The notes under the pieces were generated by a model. It did no database searches, was not told the origin of the DNA, and worked only from the letters and a program-made list of their open reading frames with translations. A program made the translations under genes and the position numbers. A stretch of 64,000 nt of DNA from Camelus dromedarius. Taxonomy: Eukaryota. Below are positions 52,494-64,000 of this stretch, piece after piece; position 1 is the stretch's first letter, and each line of letters begins with the position of its first letter. Location: assembly GCF_036321535.1 (NCBI RefSeq), contig NC_087437.1, forward strand, positions 83,020,001-83,084,000. Reading direction: 5' to 3'.

Positions 52494-52682
52494 TGGGTTG
52501 CTAGATAAAATGCAAGGTCTTCAGTTAAATTTGAATTTCAGATGAACAATGAACATTTTTTATTATAAGTATATCCCATTCAATATTTGGGACATGCTTA
52601 TATTAAAAATTATTTGCTATTCATCTGCAATTCAAATGTAACTAGATATCTTGTATTTTTATCTGCTAAATCTGGCAAACTT
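52494..52682. mobile_element. MER53 palindromic MITE
   Basis: gggttgctagataaaat...cagttaaatttgaatttcagat...tcccattcaatatttggga...aattcaaatgtaact...aaatctggcaaac; about 190 bp with long self-complementary arms. Confidence 0.85.
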
Positions 52683-53159
52683 CGCCTCACCCCACCTTTC
52701 CCTGAGGTGGTGTTGAGCAGGTGAATGGTGACGGGAAGGAAAGAACAGAAGTTCTTATATTTTCTGAAATAGGGCCATGTTTGCAGATTTAACCTCTTTC
52801 CAAAAGATAAGTAGAAAAGTCAATAGACCTGCCCAGGTCTTCAGGCAAGGGGCAGGGGGCAACTGCCTTAATGAATAAATTTGAAAAGTGTTAGATGAGA
52901 ATAAAAAATGAAAATTATATTTTGAGTATATTACAAATCTTCTTTGTTAAATGATCCAGGTCTATTTTATTTGACTTTGTTAAGCTGTTCCTCTCCAGGA
53001 CTATAACAGCTGTTAACTTCTCTTGGAATTTGTGCTCTTTGGAACACATTTTGGGCAATTCTACTTTGTTTTATAACTTGGTGGTATAATTAACTAAACT
53101 GCTGTACTGGAGAATTTTGACAAAACTGCTGGGGGACCAGTGTATGAGTATATGAGTTC

Positions 53160-53760
53160 TTCTAAGATTTCAAGTCAAAGAAAACCCAACTCAAATGGGC
53201 TTAAACAACAAAAGTATATGAGATCTTTTAAGGTTTCAAGTAAAAGAAAACTCAACTCAAACAGGCTTAAACAACAAACGGGCTTAGGTTTGGGGAACTG
53301 GAAAGCCCAGATGTAGAGAGGCCTTCAGAGTTGCTTGATCTAGCAGTTCAGCCATTGCCAGTAAGAACTCAGTTTTTAAATTTTGTTTTTTCTTGTTGCT
53401 TTGTTTTTCTGTCTTTTCTCTTAACTGTCAACCACACTAGTTAATCTTATTCTGATTAGCCCTGTTGCTGTTAATAAGGTGGTTGCAGCTTTCAACAACA
53501 GAGCCTGGTTGGGGAGAGAGCAGTGCTGACCCGGCATTCTGAATAGCCTGGTTGGCTGGTCACATGCTCAGCCTATGGTGACTGTGGCCTGGGGCTGAAA
53601 GGAACTGAAGATCTGAAATCTATTAAGGCTTTTCCATGGGGCTGAGGGTGGGACCACCTTTTACCAAGACACACAAGCTGTGTGGGCAGGAGCAGGAAGA
53701 TGAGTGCCCAGGGGTGGGAGCAGAATGTGTGAATGGATGCTGGCTCAACCAACAAACGTC
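53160..53760 (-). mobile_element. Old MaLR (MLT1K/L-like) LTR
   Basis: agaaaacccaactcaaatgggcttaaacaa start motif and ggtcacatgctca; first about 66 bp locally duplicated. Confidence 0.5.
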
Positions 53761-54527
53761 TGGTACAGCTGGAAATTTAAGTTTCTGTCATTGACTACAT
53801 GCAGGGTTGAAGCTCAAAACTATTTAACAACCTACATCCTCATGGGCACCAACCATTCTGAAAGGACATTGCTGTCAGTGCAGGAGCCTGGTTCCCAAAG
53901 GCTCCTGCTTACAAAGTGTTAACTCTATAGTTGCTTGATATTGAAGGGCCCAGGAGTCCTAGGGAAGGTGACAGAAGGCCATGAGAGGTGGGCACTCAGG
54001 GCAATGCTGCTTACCAGCTGGAACAGAAAAGTACCACTATCTAAACAAGATTTATAATTGTACCCACGTGTGCAAGCTCAGTGATTTTTTTAAAAAAACA
54101 CGAAAGATATTTGCTTCTGAATAAGACTCTTAATTTACTTATTTGAAAAATGAGTGGGTTGAAGAGGATGATTTTATGGTTCCTTTGACAGAAATGTTTG
54201 TGTTGTATTCTATTAAAAATTAAATAAATAAGCCTTAGTTCTATCTATCATGCACATTGTGATGTGTCTGTATTAAATAGAATATTATAAACAGTTGTTA
54301 TGAATTTAAAAATGCAAAGAACCAAATTTCCATTTGAAATTTGGCACATTACGTTTAACTAATCTGAGTCTAAATTTAACTAGATCTTTACATTGAAATT
54401 TTTAAATACATTATTTCTAAAGGCCATGAGGATTTTCTCATTGCTTCTCATTTTCTGTTTTGTAGTGAAGAAAGAAAAATAAAAACCCAATAATTTAACA
54501 TATGAAAAACTCATTTTAAAAACATGT

Positions 54528-55695
54528 TAAAACTCACAGAGGAAAACATATGCAGAACACTCTTTGACATAAATTACAGAAATATTTTTTTGGCTCCATC
54601 TCCCAAAGTAAAGGAAACAAAAGCAAACATAAGCAAATGAGACCTAATGAAACTTAAAAGCTTTTGCACAGCAAAGGAAACCATAAACAAAACTAAAAGA
54701 CAACCTACTGAATGGGAGAAGATAGCTGCAGATGATATGACCAATAAGGGGTTAATAGCCAACATATATAAACAGCTCATACAACTCCACATCAAAAAAA
54801 CAAACAACCCAATTAAACAATGAAGAGAAGAACTAAATAGACATTTTCCCAAACAGGAAAAGCAGATGGCCAACAGGCACATGAAAAACTGCTCAACATT
54901 ATGAATCATCAGGGACATGAAAATCTCAATCACAATGAACTGTCATCTCACACTGTCAGAATGGCTATCATCAAAAAGAACACAAGTAACAAATACTGGC
55001 GAAAATGTGGAGAAAAGGGAACCCTCGTACACTGTTAGTGGAAATGTAAATTGGTGCAGCCACTGTCAAAAACAGTATGGAGGCTTCTCAAAAACCTAAA
55101 AATAGAACTACTATATAACCCAGCAATTCCACTTCTGGGTATAAACCCCCCCCACCAAAAAAAAGCCCAAACCCAAAACACTAATTTGAAAAGATACATG
55201 CACCCCAATGTTCACAGCAACATTATTTACAATTGCTGAGGTATGGAAGCAACCTGTGTGTCCATCAACAGATGAATAAGTAAAAAAAGATGTGAGAGAG
55301 ATACACACACACACACACACACATACACACACACACACACAATGGAACACTACTCAGCCATCAAAAGGAATGAAATTTTGCCATTTGCAGCAACATGGAT
55401 GGACATGGAAGGCACTGTGCTAAGTAAAATAAGCTAGAGAAAGACAAATACTGTATAATATTATTTGTATGTGCAATCTAAAAAATACAACAAACTAGTG
55501 AACAAAACCAGAAGCAAACTCACAGATATAGAGGACAAACTAGTGGTTACTAGTGGGGAAAGGGAAGTGGGGGGCAATATAGGAGATGGGGAGAAAAAAA
55601 AGTTATATATGAAACCATGAGTGTGAAACTTTTGAAAATTGTAAAGCACTACAGAATTTAAAGAAACATATTCAATAAAAACATAAAACAAAAAA
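54528..55695 (+). mobile_element. 5'-truncated LINE-1 (ORF2 C-terminal remnant plus 3' UTR)
   Basis: aaacttaaaagcttttgcacagcaaaggaaacc...gagaaaagggaaccctcgtacactg...gcaacatggatggac...A-rich tail; ORF2 broken by stops and frameshifts; internal (CA)n at about 55303-55340. Confidence 0.92.
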
Positions 55696-56842
55696 CATTA
55701 GTGCCATTTTGACCTTAATGGAAAGCAGAGGGACAAAAAACAGAAATGGCTAAAGAAAAAATTAGAGTTAAGATGGAAGCCATGCATTTACCTAAAGATG
55801 GTTCAATGGCTGAAGCAATCCGTTCATGGCAGCCGCTGTTGGCAGGGTTACCCAATGGTGGAGAGATACAGAGCAGGTAGTGGCCATGAGGTCTCTCCCC
55901 TCTCCCATTGGGTCAGTGTCCTCACAGGGCAGAGATGAACCTCAGTTAGAGAACACGAATTTTTCTCCAGGGCTTTACCTGCTTGCTTTAACAATCCCTG
56001 AGAATCCTTCCCAACCACTTAGGTTCTCAGCTAGCTAGTCATCCTAGATAAAACACAAAAACAAAAAAACAAAAAAACAAACAACCACAGGGGAGGAAAT
56101 TTTTCCTAAAATAAATGGCAAATCAGCAACAATGATGCTGCTGTCTCCTATCTCCCACTCCCTTACTTGTCCCTCCGCCGACCCCCCTCCCCCCACCCCC
56201 ACCTCCAAGTAGAGTTGATTTTTCCAGAGGGCAGTGCTGGAGGCACCAGAATTGTAGGCAAGAGGGATGAACATTATATCTATGTCTTATTTTTTTTTAC
56301 ATAGATATATAAATAAAATGTTTGTGATACTTTGAATTTTGGGTCTGTCTGATGGAACATTTTAAACATTCACAGATCTATATTTGTAGATTTTTCTACA
56401 CTTAAAGTCATCAAAAATGTCAAAGTCAAGAAAGGTTTTGATTTTCAAAGAGAGAACTTCTTGCCTATAGCTAGTGTTTTCTCCAATCATCAGGGCAAAA
56501 CCGAGGCTTGGTATATCCTTAGCTCCCTTCCTCCATCTTTATATATAATTTCTGATAGAGTTATAGGTATATGCACATCCGTGTTAATTAACCCAGCTGA
56601 AAAACTTTTCTTACAGAGGCTTCCAAGGAAATACATAGAGTCACAGGGATAAGGACTGGTCATCTTATCCCTTTAAAGGTGTTTTCTGTTATAGCACCAG
56701 CTAGAGCTAAATAATAAATGCCTTATAATGCTTTGAATAAAAATAGTTCTCAAACATAATTGGTAAAACTTGCTGCCTAGGGGCTAAAATTAATTTATTA
56801 GCTATGAATGAGGATGCTGGCTCTATGGGTCTGCATGTTTAG

Positions 56843-56844
<2 letters not shown>

Positions 56845-56882
<38 letters not shown>

Positions 56883-56895
56883 ATATATATATATA
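56845..56895. repeat. (TG)n(TA)n microsatellite
   Basis: Directly visible. Confidence 0.95.
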
Positions 56896-57079
56896 AAATG
56901 CCTAATATATAATATTATATGTATTTTATATTATGTATGTATACTCTAACAACAACTTGATAAATTTTAAGCCTTCACAATGAAATTACTTTAAATTAAA
57001 ATTTGTTTAAAAATATACATTTGTGTTTATGCATGTAGGATTAATAAAGAATATAAAAACAAAACAAACATTACTTGCA

Positions 57080-57240
57080 TGACCTACTTCAACAACCCCA
57101 AGGAAAATAGTGTTATCCTCATTTAACATGTTAGAAAGCCAAGGCAGAAGATGTCAATAACTCATCCAAGGTCACACAGACGTTACAAAGTGATTTGTTG
57201 TTGTGGTTTCCAACTCAATTTTTTCCGATTCTAAAGCCTT
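57080..57240 (-). mobile_element. MIR SINE fragment
   Basis: aacaacccc...ttatcctcattt...tccaaggtcacacag. Confidence 0.55.
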
Positions 57241-60089
57241 TATGTGTCCTGTTACATCGCACCATAATTTTTACTCCATTATTTTGAGGCATTATTCATT
57301 TAAATTTTCCAGAGAAGTGAGAGAAAGGTTGGGAATAGTAAAAAGGTGTGAGTAGATAAACTCTAATAATAGCTATGATATTACTCATCACTATAGTACT
57401 AAGAATTATTACCTACTACCTAAGGTGTCATTGAGGACTTTCTTTAAGTCAGCTAATCAAGATGCTTTCCAGAGGCTCACTTTCATAGTTCCCCGCTTTA
57501 TATATGACTTCAGTAGAATGAAAATGCACAAAATGCTTGTTATTTCGTTGTATAGTGTGCTCCATTTTTATATGTCTGAATGAAAGTATTTCCCAGAAGA
57601 ATTCTTGAACCCTCAGAAAATTTTCCTTTGTGTATTAGTTCCAGTTTGCAGAGAAGCAGACCTTAAGACAAGAGTAGGCAAGAGATTTATTGCAAGATGG
57701 AACTTGCAGAGAAGTTGCGGAGAGACCCTCAGACTGAGATGGAGGTCTGACCCTCTGGAAAAAGAGGGAAGGAAGGTGGACTGGGTAGGTTTTTTCCCAC
57801 AGGTTAGAGTGTAGATTAAATTAAGTGTGAGAATGAATATATGTGAGCCACTTAACAGTTCCTTGGTACTAAGTGAATACTCAATAAACATAGATTTCAT
57901 TCTTAGTCTGCATTTGAAAACATAATTGCCATAAGAATTGTAGATATTTATCACAAGTCATCTTCCTTGTGCATTTTTCTTGGTAATAGAGCTGTACCGT
58001 TACAATGGAAAATTGACGTCAAGACAGTGGTTCTCCTTCCTTGAGAGCTAAGTAAATAATCTTCAGACATCCTCGAAGCTAGAAAACTTTCTAGGTAAAT
58101 CCAAGTGAAAGAAGAAAACAGTAAAAGTCAACATTCATTCTCATATAGCTGCTCAAATAAAAAGTTCGTTACTTTTGTTTTAGAAACTTTTCACCTGGAA
58201 ATATTTGCACTTTTCCCAGAAATATGGTATTTGCAAATGTTTTAGAATAGAGCATTTGGAATAAATTGGTAAGACTCATAGTCAACTATTATCCTATCCA
58301 ACCAATTCTAATTTGCACTTAATTGAAAAGTTGAAATATTTAAAAATAAGATAAAAACTGCATCTACATACACAAACTAGACTGACATTTCACTTAATGG
58401 GCAAGTCAGTTTAGTAAAAATAAATTGGAATCTTTGAACCAAATGGTGACTTGCTGCATTTAATATGAGAACAAATGTGATTTGATTGACCTTTAATTTG
58501 ATAAGGCTTTGTCCAAAGTTAAATCATCCCAAAGTTCAGGATATTAAATTTAAAGCTGAACATGATATTTTAAAAATTCCTATTTTGACTTTAGAGGAAG
58601 AGGCAAAACTATACTGAAATATTAATATGTGTTTTATGATACATGTGACATTTATTTGAAAGTTAAAAATATGTATTCATTATAGGAAATGTAAAATAGT
58701 CATAAAAATGTAAAGAAAAGTAAATTAAAATGAAAAGTGAATTTGTTCTTGGTTCTACTACGTAAAAAAAACTATTGTTAACATTTCAATATACTCTCTA
58801 AATAAAGCAAGCTGAGGTAATTCTTCTTTGATGTTAAAAATAAATAATAGATTTCATACTTGAATAACATGCTCTCTTATTCTTAAAAATTGTATTTCCT
58901 TTTCTCCTTGATTATGGGCCATTTATTATTAACTTTATTATCATTTTACTTCATAACATTCTTGACTCCCCCTCCTAAAAATGCTGCTTGGAAAATATTA
59001 TTTCTTATTTAAAATCAATTTAAATTGAGTTTTTACCATATGTTTGGGGAAATTTGTAATATTCCTAATTTGACAAAACTGTGTTTCTTAAAACTACATT
59101 TGGGAGTCCCTATTAAAATTAGGAGGTCATTTATTTTAAAATGTGCCTTCTGAAGAGAGTAAATGAAGTTCCTGAAAGACAGGAGTGCTGGCTACTGACT
59201 CCTCTCCACACAGACCAGTGCAGCTTCTTGGCATAATAAATAGCATTTAATAAGAAAGATGGTGAAACTTTAAACTTCTGGCACCAGTTTAGGCTGCATA
59301 GCTCACAGGCACACAGTCTACAGTGTGAACTTTGGCATTGGATTTACTTTTTCTTTTTTTTGCTGTAGTTTTATTATAAGAAATCTGGGACATCTTAGGG
59401 ATAAAGAAAATTAGACTATGATTCTTAGCACGTATATGCTTGTTAAAAAAAAAAAAAGTTTTCCTGTTAGGGCCACTGTCATAGGTGCTATTATCCTTTA
59501 GTGCAGGGTTGGGTGTGAGGGCGAGTAAAATAAATAATTGTCCATTTCTTACACGCAGCATATATTTGATTTTCTAGATATTTTTAGTGACTGTCAGATG
59601 GACGATGCCATTTCTAATGGATCACAGTTAAGGAATTTAAGAGACTATGGGAAACATGTTACAAAAAAACATTTTTCTTTTGAAAAAATAATGTATTTTT
59701 CAGTAAAATGGACTTCCTCTTCCCTCAAGCGATGTTAGCCACGAATAGGTAAGGGGTTTGGTGCTTTGAGATATTTGCACTGGAAAAAATAAGAAATACA
59801 GTTTGAACTTGAGAAATTATTATAGAGAGAGAATAAACTAAACCAAGGGAAGGTTGTGATATTAACAGAAACTATTAAAGAGTCTAGAAATCAGAGAAAA
59901 AATAGGGTGACGTGGAAAAAGCAGGAGCTTTGAAATTGCATAGGCCCGAGCTTAACTGATATCAGGTTTCACTTTAGGGTCAGTCCACTAAGAATTATGT
60001 GAAATTTGATTTCTTTGAATACTATTTTCTTCATCTCTATAATGGAGTTGTTTCTCAACCATTGCTTATCAAGTTCTTAATATGTACCA

Positions 60090-60520
60090 GTTACTTTTGC
60101 AATAAAATGCTGCAATAAAAATGCATAAAAAATATCGAGGCTATAATTACATTCCAGGGTAAAAATCCTAGAAATGGAATTTCTTTCCATGCATGCATGT
60201 TTTAAAATATCCTCTAAAAAGTTTAATCAAATTACACTCAATCAATAGTTCAAGAAGTCTTGCCTACACTCCACACCTCTAATCCTGATCAGTCTCAGTA
60301 TTTAATGTTTGAATCTTTGCCAATTTAATAGGTAAAATTATATTTTGTTATTTTAACTTGGCCGTCTTTGATTACTTATCATGCTAAACATTTTCATATT
60401 TATTGGCAGTATTTTTTATGTGTTTGAATTATATAAGTGAAATTACTATAATTTAAAATCCTAAAGACTGAATAAGTGATGCAGTTCTGCATTGAACTTT
60501 TTTCCAATTCTTTATTTCTT
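60090..60520 (-). mobile_element. Old LINE-1 (L1ME-like) fragment
   Basis: tcctagaaatggaatt...tctttgccaatttaataggtaaaa...cattttcatatttattggc. Confidence 0.55.
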
Positions 60521-63500
60521 ATTAATACGCGAAAGTCAGGTCTGCATTGCATGAACATCTTTTTCGTTAGAACTAGACTAGCCACTTCCATCTACCTTCA
60601 ACTCCTCTGAATCTGTATTTTTTGCTATGAAACCATGGGCCAAGTTTCATTTCTCATTTACCACTTCTCCACCTGAGTTGTCAGTTTTGCTTTTGGTCTA
60701 AACTGAGGGTAAGTGAGAGGGCACCTCGTTAAATCACTGTCTTTGGGCAGGGTTAGAATAGAGTTATCTACTTTGCATATCTTCTTTAGTTTGTTTGAAA
60801 ATAAATTTAAACCTAATACTGTTGATGATGTGTTTGTCTTGTGTTTAAAATAAACTTTTACACTTAAAAATCTTTAAGGGCAATACAAGTATTTTCATGT
60901 GGGGTTGCCAGTGATGGAGGGGCATATTTCTTTAAGGAAATGTGACAATATTTAGAAAATAACCATATCAAAATGGTAGTTATATGAAGTGACTTTTATA
61001 TGGACTAACATAGGCTTTTCCCTAAACATTGGAAAAGATCAAAGAAAATGATTTGAATTTTAATTTTCTTTCTTTTGCTTTTTATTTTAATATATTTTTA
61101 TTGTAATTTTCTTTTTATATATCAAGCTCTTCTAAGGTGGCAGTACTCCATTCTTTGATTCAAAAAATAACTAAAGCCTTGTAAACTCCATGAGGAAACA
61201 GATTCCACTTCTGCCTCTTTAAATCCTACAGTCTAATAGTGCCATATATCTATAGTAGTTGATTATGAGAATGGGCCACAGTTTCAATCTTTTAATAGGA
61301 CATTTTAATCCATTTATGTTTTTATTGTACTTGTTGATATATTTATATTTATATATGTCATTCTGTTTTGTATTTTTTCTTTTCCTTATTTTTTCCTTTC
61401 TTGCATTGAATCAAGTACTTTAGACTGAATATTAGCAATAAATTTCAATACATGCTTATCATCTGCGTTTGTACGTCATGTGTTTGTGTGCGTAAACAGA
61501 GAGAGAGAGAGAGATGGAGACTGGATGGGAGAGAAAGAGGAGTTTCGTGAGTGGGTGACTGCAATATAACTGCTTCAGAATCCATCAGTTATAATAAGGA
61601 GACAATCAGTTACAATAACAAATTTGTGGCTGTCATAGTGCATTGTGTATAATAGACACTTTGCTTTCACAGTTTGATGTTTCAGATATTGACTATTTTC
61701 AAGGAACTCCACGGGTCTAGGCATAAAAGGCATAAAATGAAACCACTGACCTACAATGGGATGAGTAAGGACTGACTGAACTAGTGAGTGCAGCCAGACA
61801 CCTAGGGTTGACACCGCAGTTCCGCTTTATTTTCTACTCATTATGCAGTATCTCTGAAGACGTTAAACTTTACTAAATTGGTATGGAGTAAATTATACGC
61901 TATTTGTAGGTTTAGGAATTTGTGAAAGTTTTGCAATAGACAGTTCTTAAATACTATCTATACTCTATAAGGAAAAGAGCGGAGTTGCTTGCCGAAGACT
62001 GCCACAGAAAATTCTTTAAAAATTAAAAATAGTCTTTAGTCACACAAAACTTTTGATGCATAAAATTTTATTTGATCTAAGAACATCACAAGAATATATC
62101 TTCTGCAAATATGGATTATAAAGTGTTTTGGTAAGAAGAACCTTTTATATTTCGTTTTGAACCTAATAGTAAGAAGGAAATGAAATCTTCCTAATCAGAA
62201 TTGTTAGGGGCTAGCAGATAAAAATGCTAAACTTCTGATCAGTGGTGGCAAACATGAAGTACTTACAGATGAAGCCCAACTCTTGTTAATACAGGAGTGA
62301 TAGTAAACTGGCTAATTAGTAAATCTTCTTTATTAGAAAATAAGAAAAATCACTGAATACTGTCAGATTGATGACATAATTTACTTGGTCTGCAGAGCAT
62401 TGCAAAATAATATGAACATTGCATCATAAATCCTTTAAATGGGCCCCTTGCCTAAATTAATTACAATTTAACCTAACCAGATGTGGCCAACTCAAAAAAA
62501 GTTCCACTGTAATTTTAAAGTGCCTTTGGATCTTAGCTATTTGGTACTCATACACATAAACTAAGAATTTTTTAGTTTAATAATGTCTGCCAACCAATAC
62601 TTCCCTCCACATTTAGATTTAAAAAATGGACGTTTCATGTGAGTTTATATTTCATGATGATTTGATTTGTAAGAATTTTCACTTCATTAACAGTTTGACA
62701 CATTGGACACTTAAGACACATTGGACACTTAAAATAGGTTGTACGTTTGTTGTAATGCTGTAGGTTAATCTTAGGGATGCAATTCCCACTTATCAAGCCC
62801 ATTTAGGAAATGTAGCTCTATTGAGGAAATGACAAGGATAACAAAAGACAAGAGTAACTCATCCCAGTGGGATTTTTACACTGGCAATTTAAAATCTTGT
62901 CTCTGGAACCATTTTTCCCTATACACTTTTACGTAAAGTCTAGTCATAATTGCTTACCTGTAGAATTGATAAAAACAAAAAATGTTGACTCAAAGAAAAG
63001 AACTTAAAATAGTAACAGGCATTTGCAAGAGACAATCCAATGCACACCAACCTCTGTGGAAGGCAAAATCCAGCAACCATTTACGAATATTCTGGTGGTT
63101 AGAATGATCCTCCTCCCTTTTCTCCGGATGGCACTTCTCTCTCTTAGGAGACTGGAGGCATCATCTTGCTAGCAGGCTGCACCAGTGCTCCTTTAGAACT
63201 AAGTTTGCAATTCTTTTAACATTGCTTGACTTTTGTGAATGAGCCCTGCAGGAAAACTGAGGCTCATCGTTCCCTGTGGTGTGCACATTTGACAAGTCAT
63301 TTCTCACTTCTGAGATCACTCGGGGGAATAGAGAATGATTTGAGGAGTCAAGATGAATCAGAGGAAGATTTCTTTTACTCAGCTTCCCATCATACTGTGC
63401 ATTTCTGCATCTATTTAAAAATTAACTTGTAACCCCTAGTAATAGTCCTCTCTTAGTCACGCACATAGCTTCCTTTAAGACTGTTGTTCTTACCTAGTGT

Positions 63501-64000
63501 TAATCTCACTCAGAGGTGATTTTGACTTGTTAGAGTGATGATATGTGGGACTCCAAGGAATATCAGGTTAGTTTTAATCTTTCGATAAGGCCCAAATGGA
63601 GTAAATGTGTGTTTGTGACTGTGTGCGCCTTGAATATATCTATTTTAAAATTAATTATGTTATCTGACAACTTTTCACCTAGACTTTAATGGAGAACTTT
63701 TCTGTGGTAAATTCAAGAAAAATTTATTGAAAAATTCTTGGGAGATTACTATCTTTTTATATTTATCCTTAAAGTCCTGGCAGTAGCTTTGAACTGCTGA
63801 AACAAACAACAAGCAATGTTAGTCTGCAATGATCTCCTTCTTCCTTTGCTCTTACTATGTTTTATTTTTCTAATTTTGGATGTAACTGGCAAGGCATGAC
63901 TGTGTTAGGGTGTCAGATTAATTTTCTAAAATTTGTGGCAATATGTGTTGATTCATTCTCTAATGACATTAAATTTCCACAAAGTAACTCTCAGGGTAGT

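Noticed and set aside
54574..55350. ORFs of 60-119 aa
   Set aside because: Sense and antisense fragments of decayed LINE-1 ORF2 and 3' UTR.
57800..64000. GPR15 or CLDND1 coding sequence expected from human synteny
   Set aside because: No GPCR-length or claudin-like ORF or exon is recognisable; these genes, if syntenic, lie beyond the window.

Overview
Mammalian genomic DNA, probably camelid: it carries a tRNA-derived SINE of the camelid type, and I saw no primate Alu or ruminant Bov-type SINEs. The window holds one complete protein-coding gene, CPOX (oxygen-dependent coproporphyrinogen-III oxidase, haem synthesis), on the + strand. It has 7 coding exons from 14548 to 26013 (1332 nt, 443 aa, all introns GT-AG), a CpG-island promoter and a 3' UTR of about 1.2 kb. 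The rest is non-coding: LINE-1, L2, CR1, MIR, MaLR/ERV LTRs, DNA-transposon relics and microsatellites. I found no novel protein-coding or RNA system. The most interesting signals are regulatory. (i) An XRE-GATA-AP1/MARE-XRE module lies at about 45.6 kb, a candidate AHR/GATA enhancer, possibly for the syntenic neighbour GPR15 outside the window. (ii) A dense GATA/RUNX/ETS cluster lies in CPOX intron 5. (iii) The CPOX promoter has a full ZNF143/THAP11-type motif. (iv) Four consecutive CPOX exons begin with GT and reconstitute donor sites after splicing. (v) A MER53 hairpin carries a miR-1302-like arm. Repeat family names and boundaries are from recognition by eye and are approximate.
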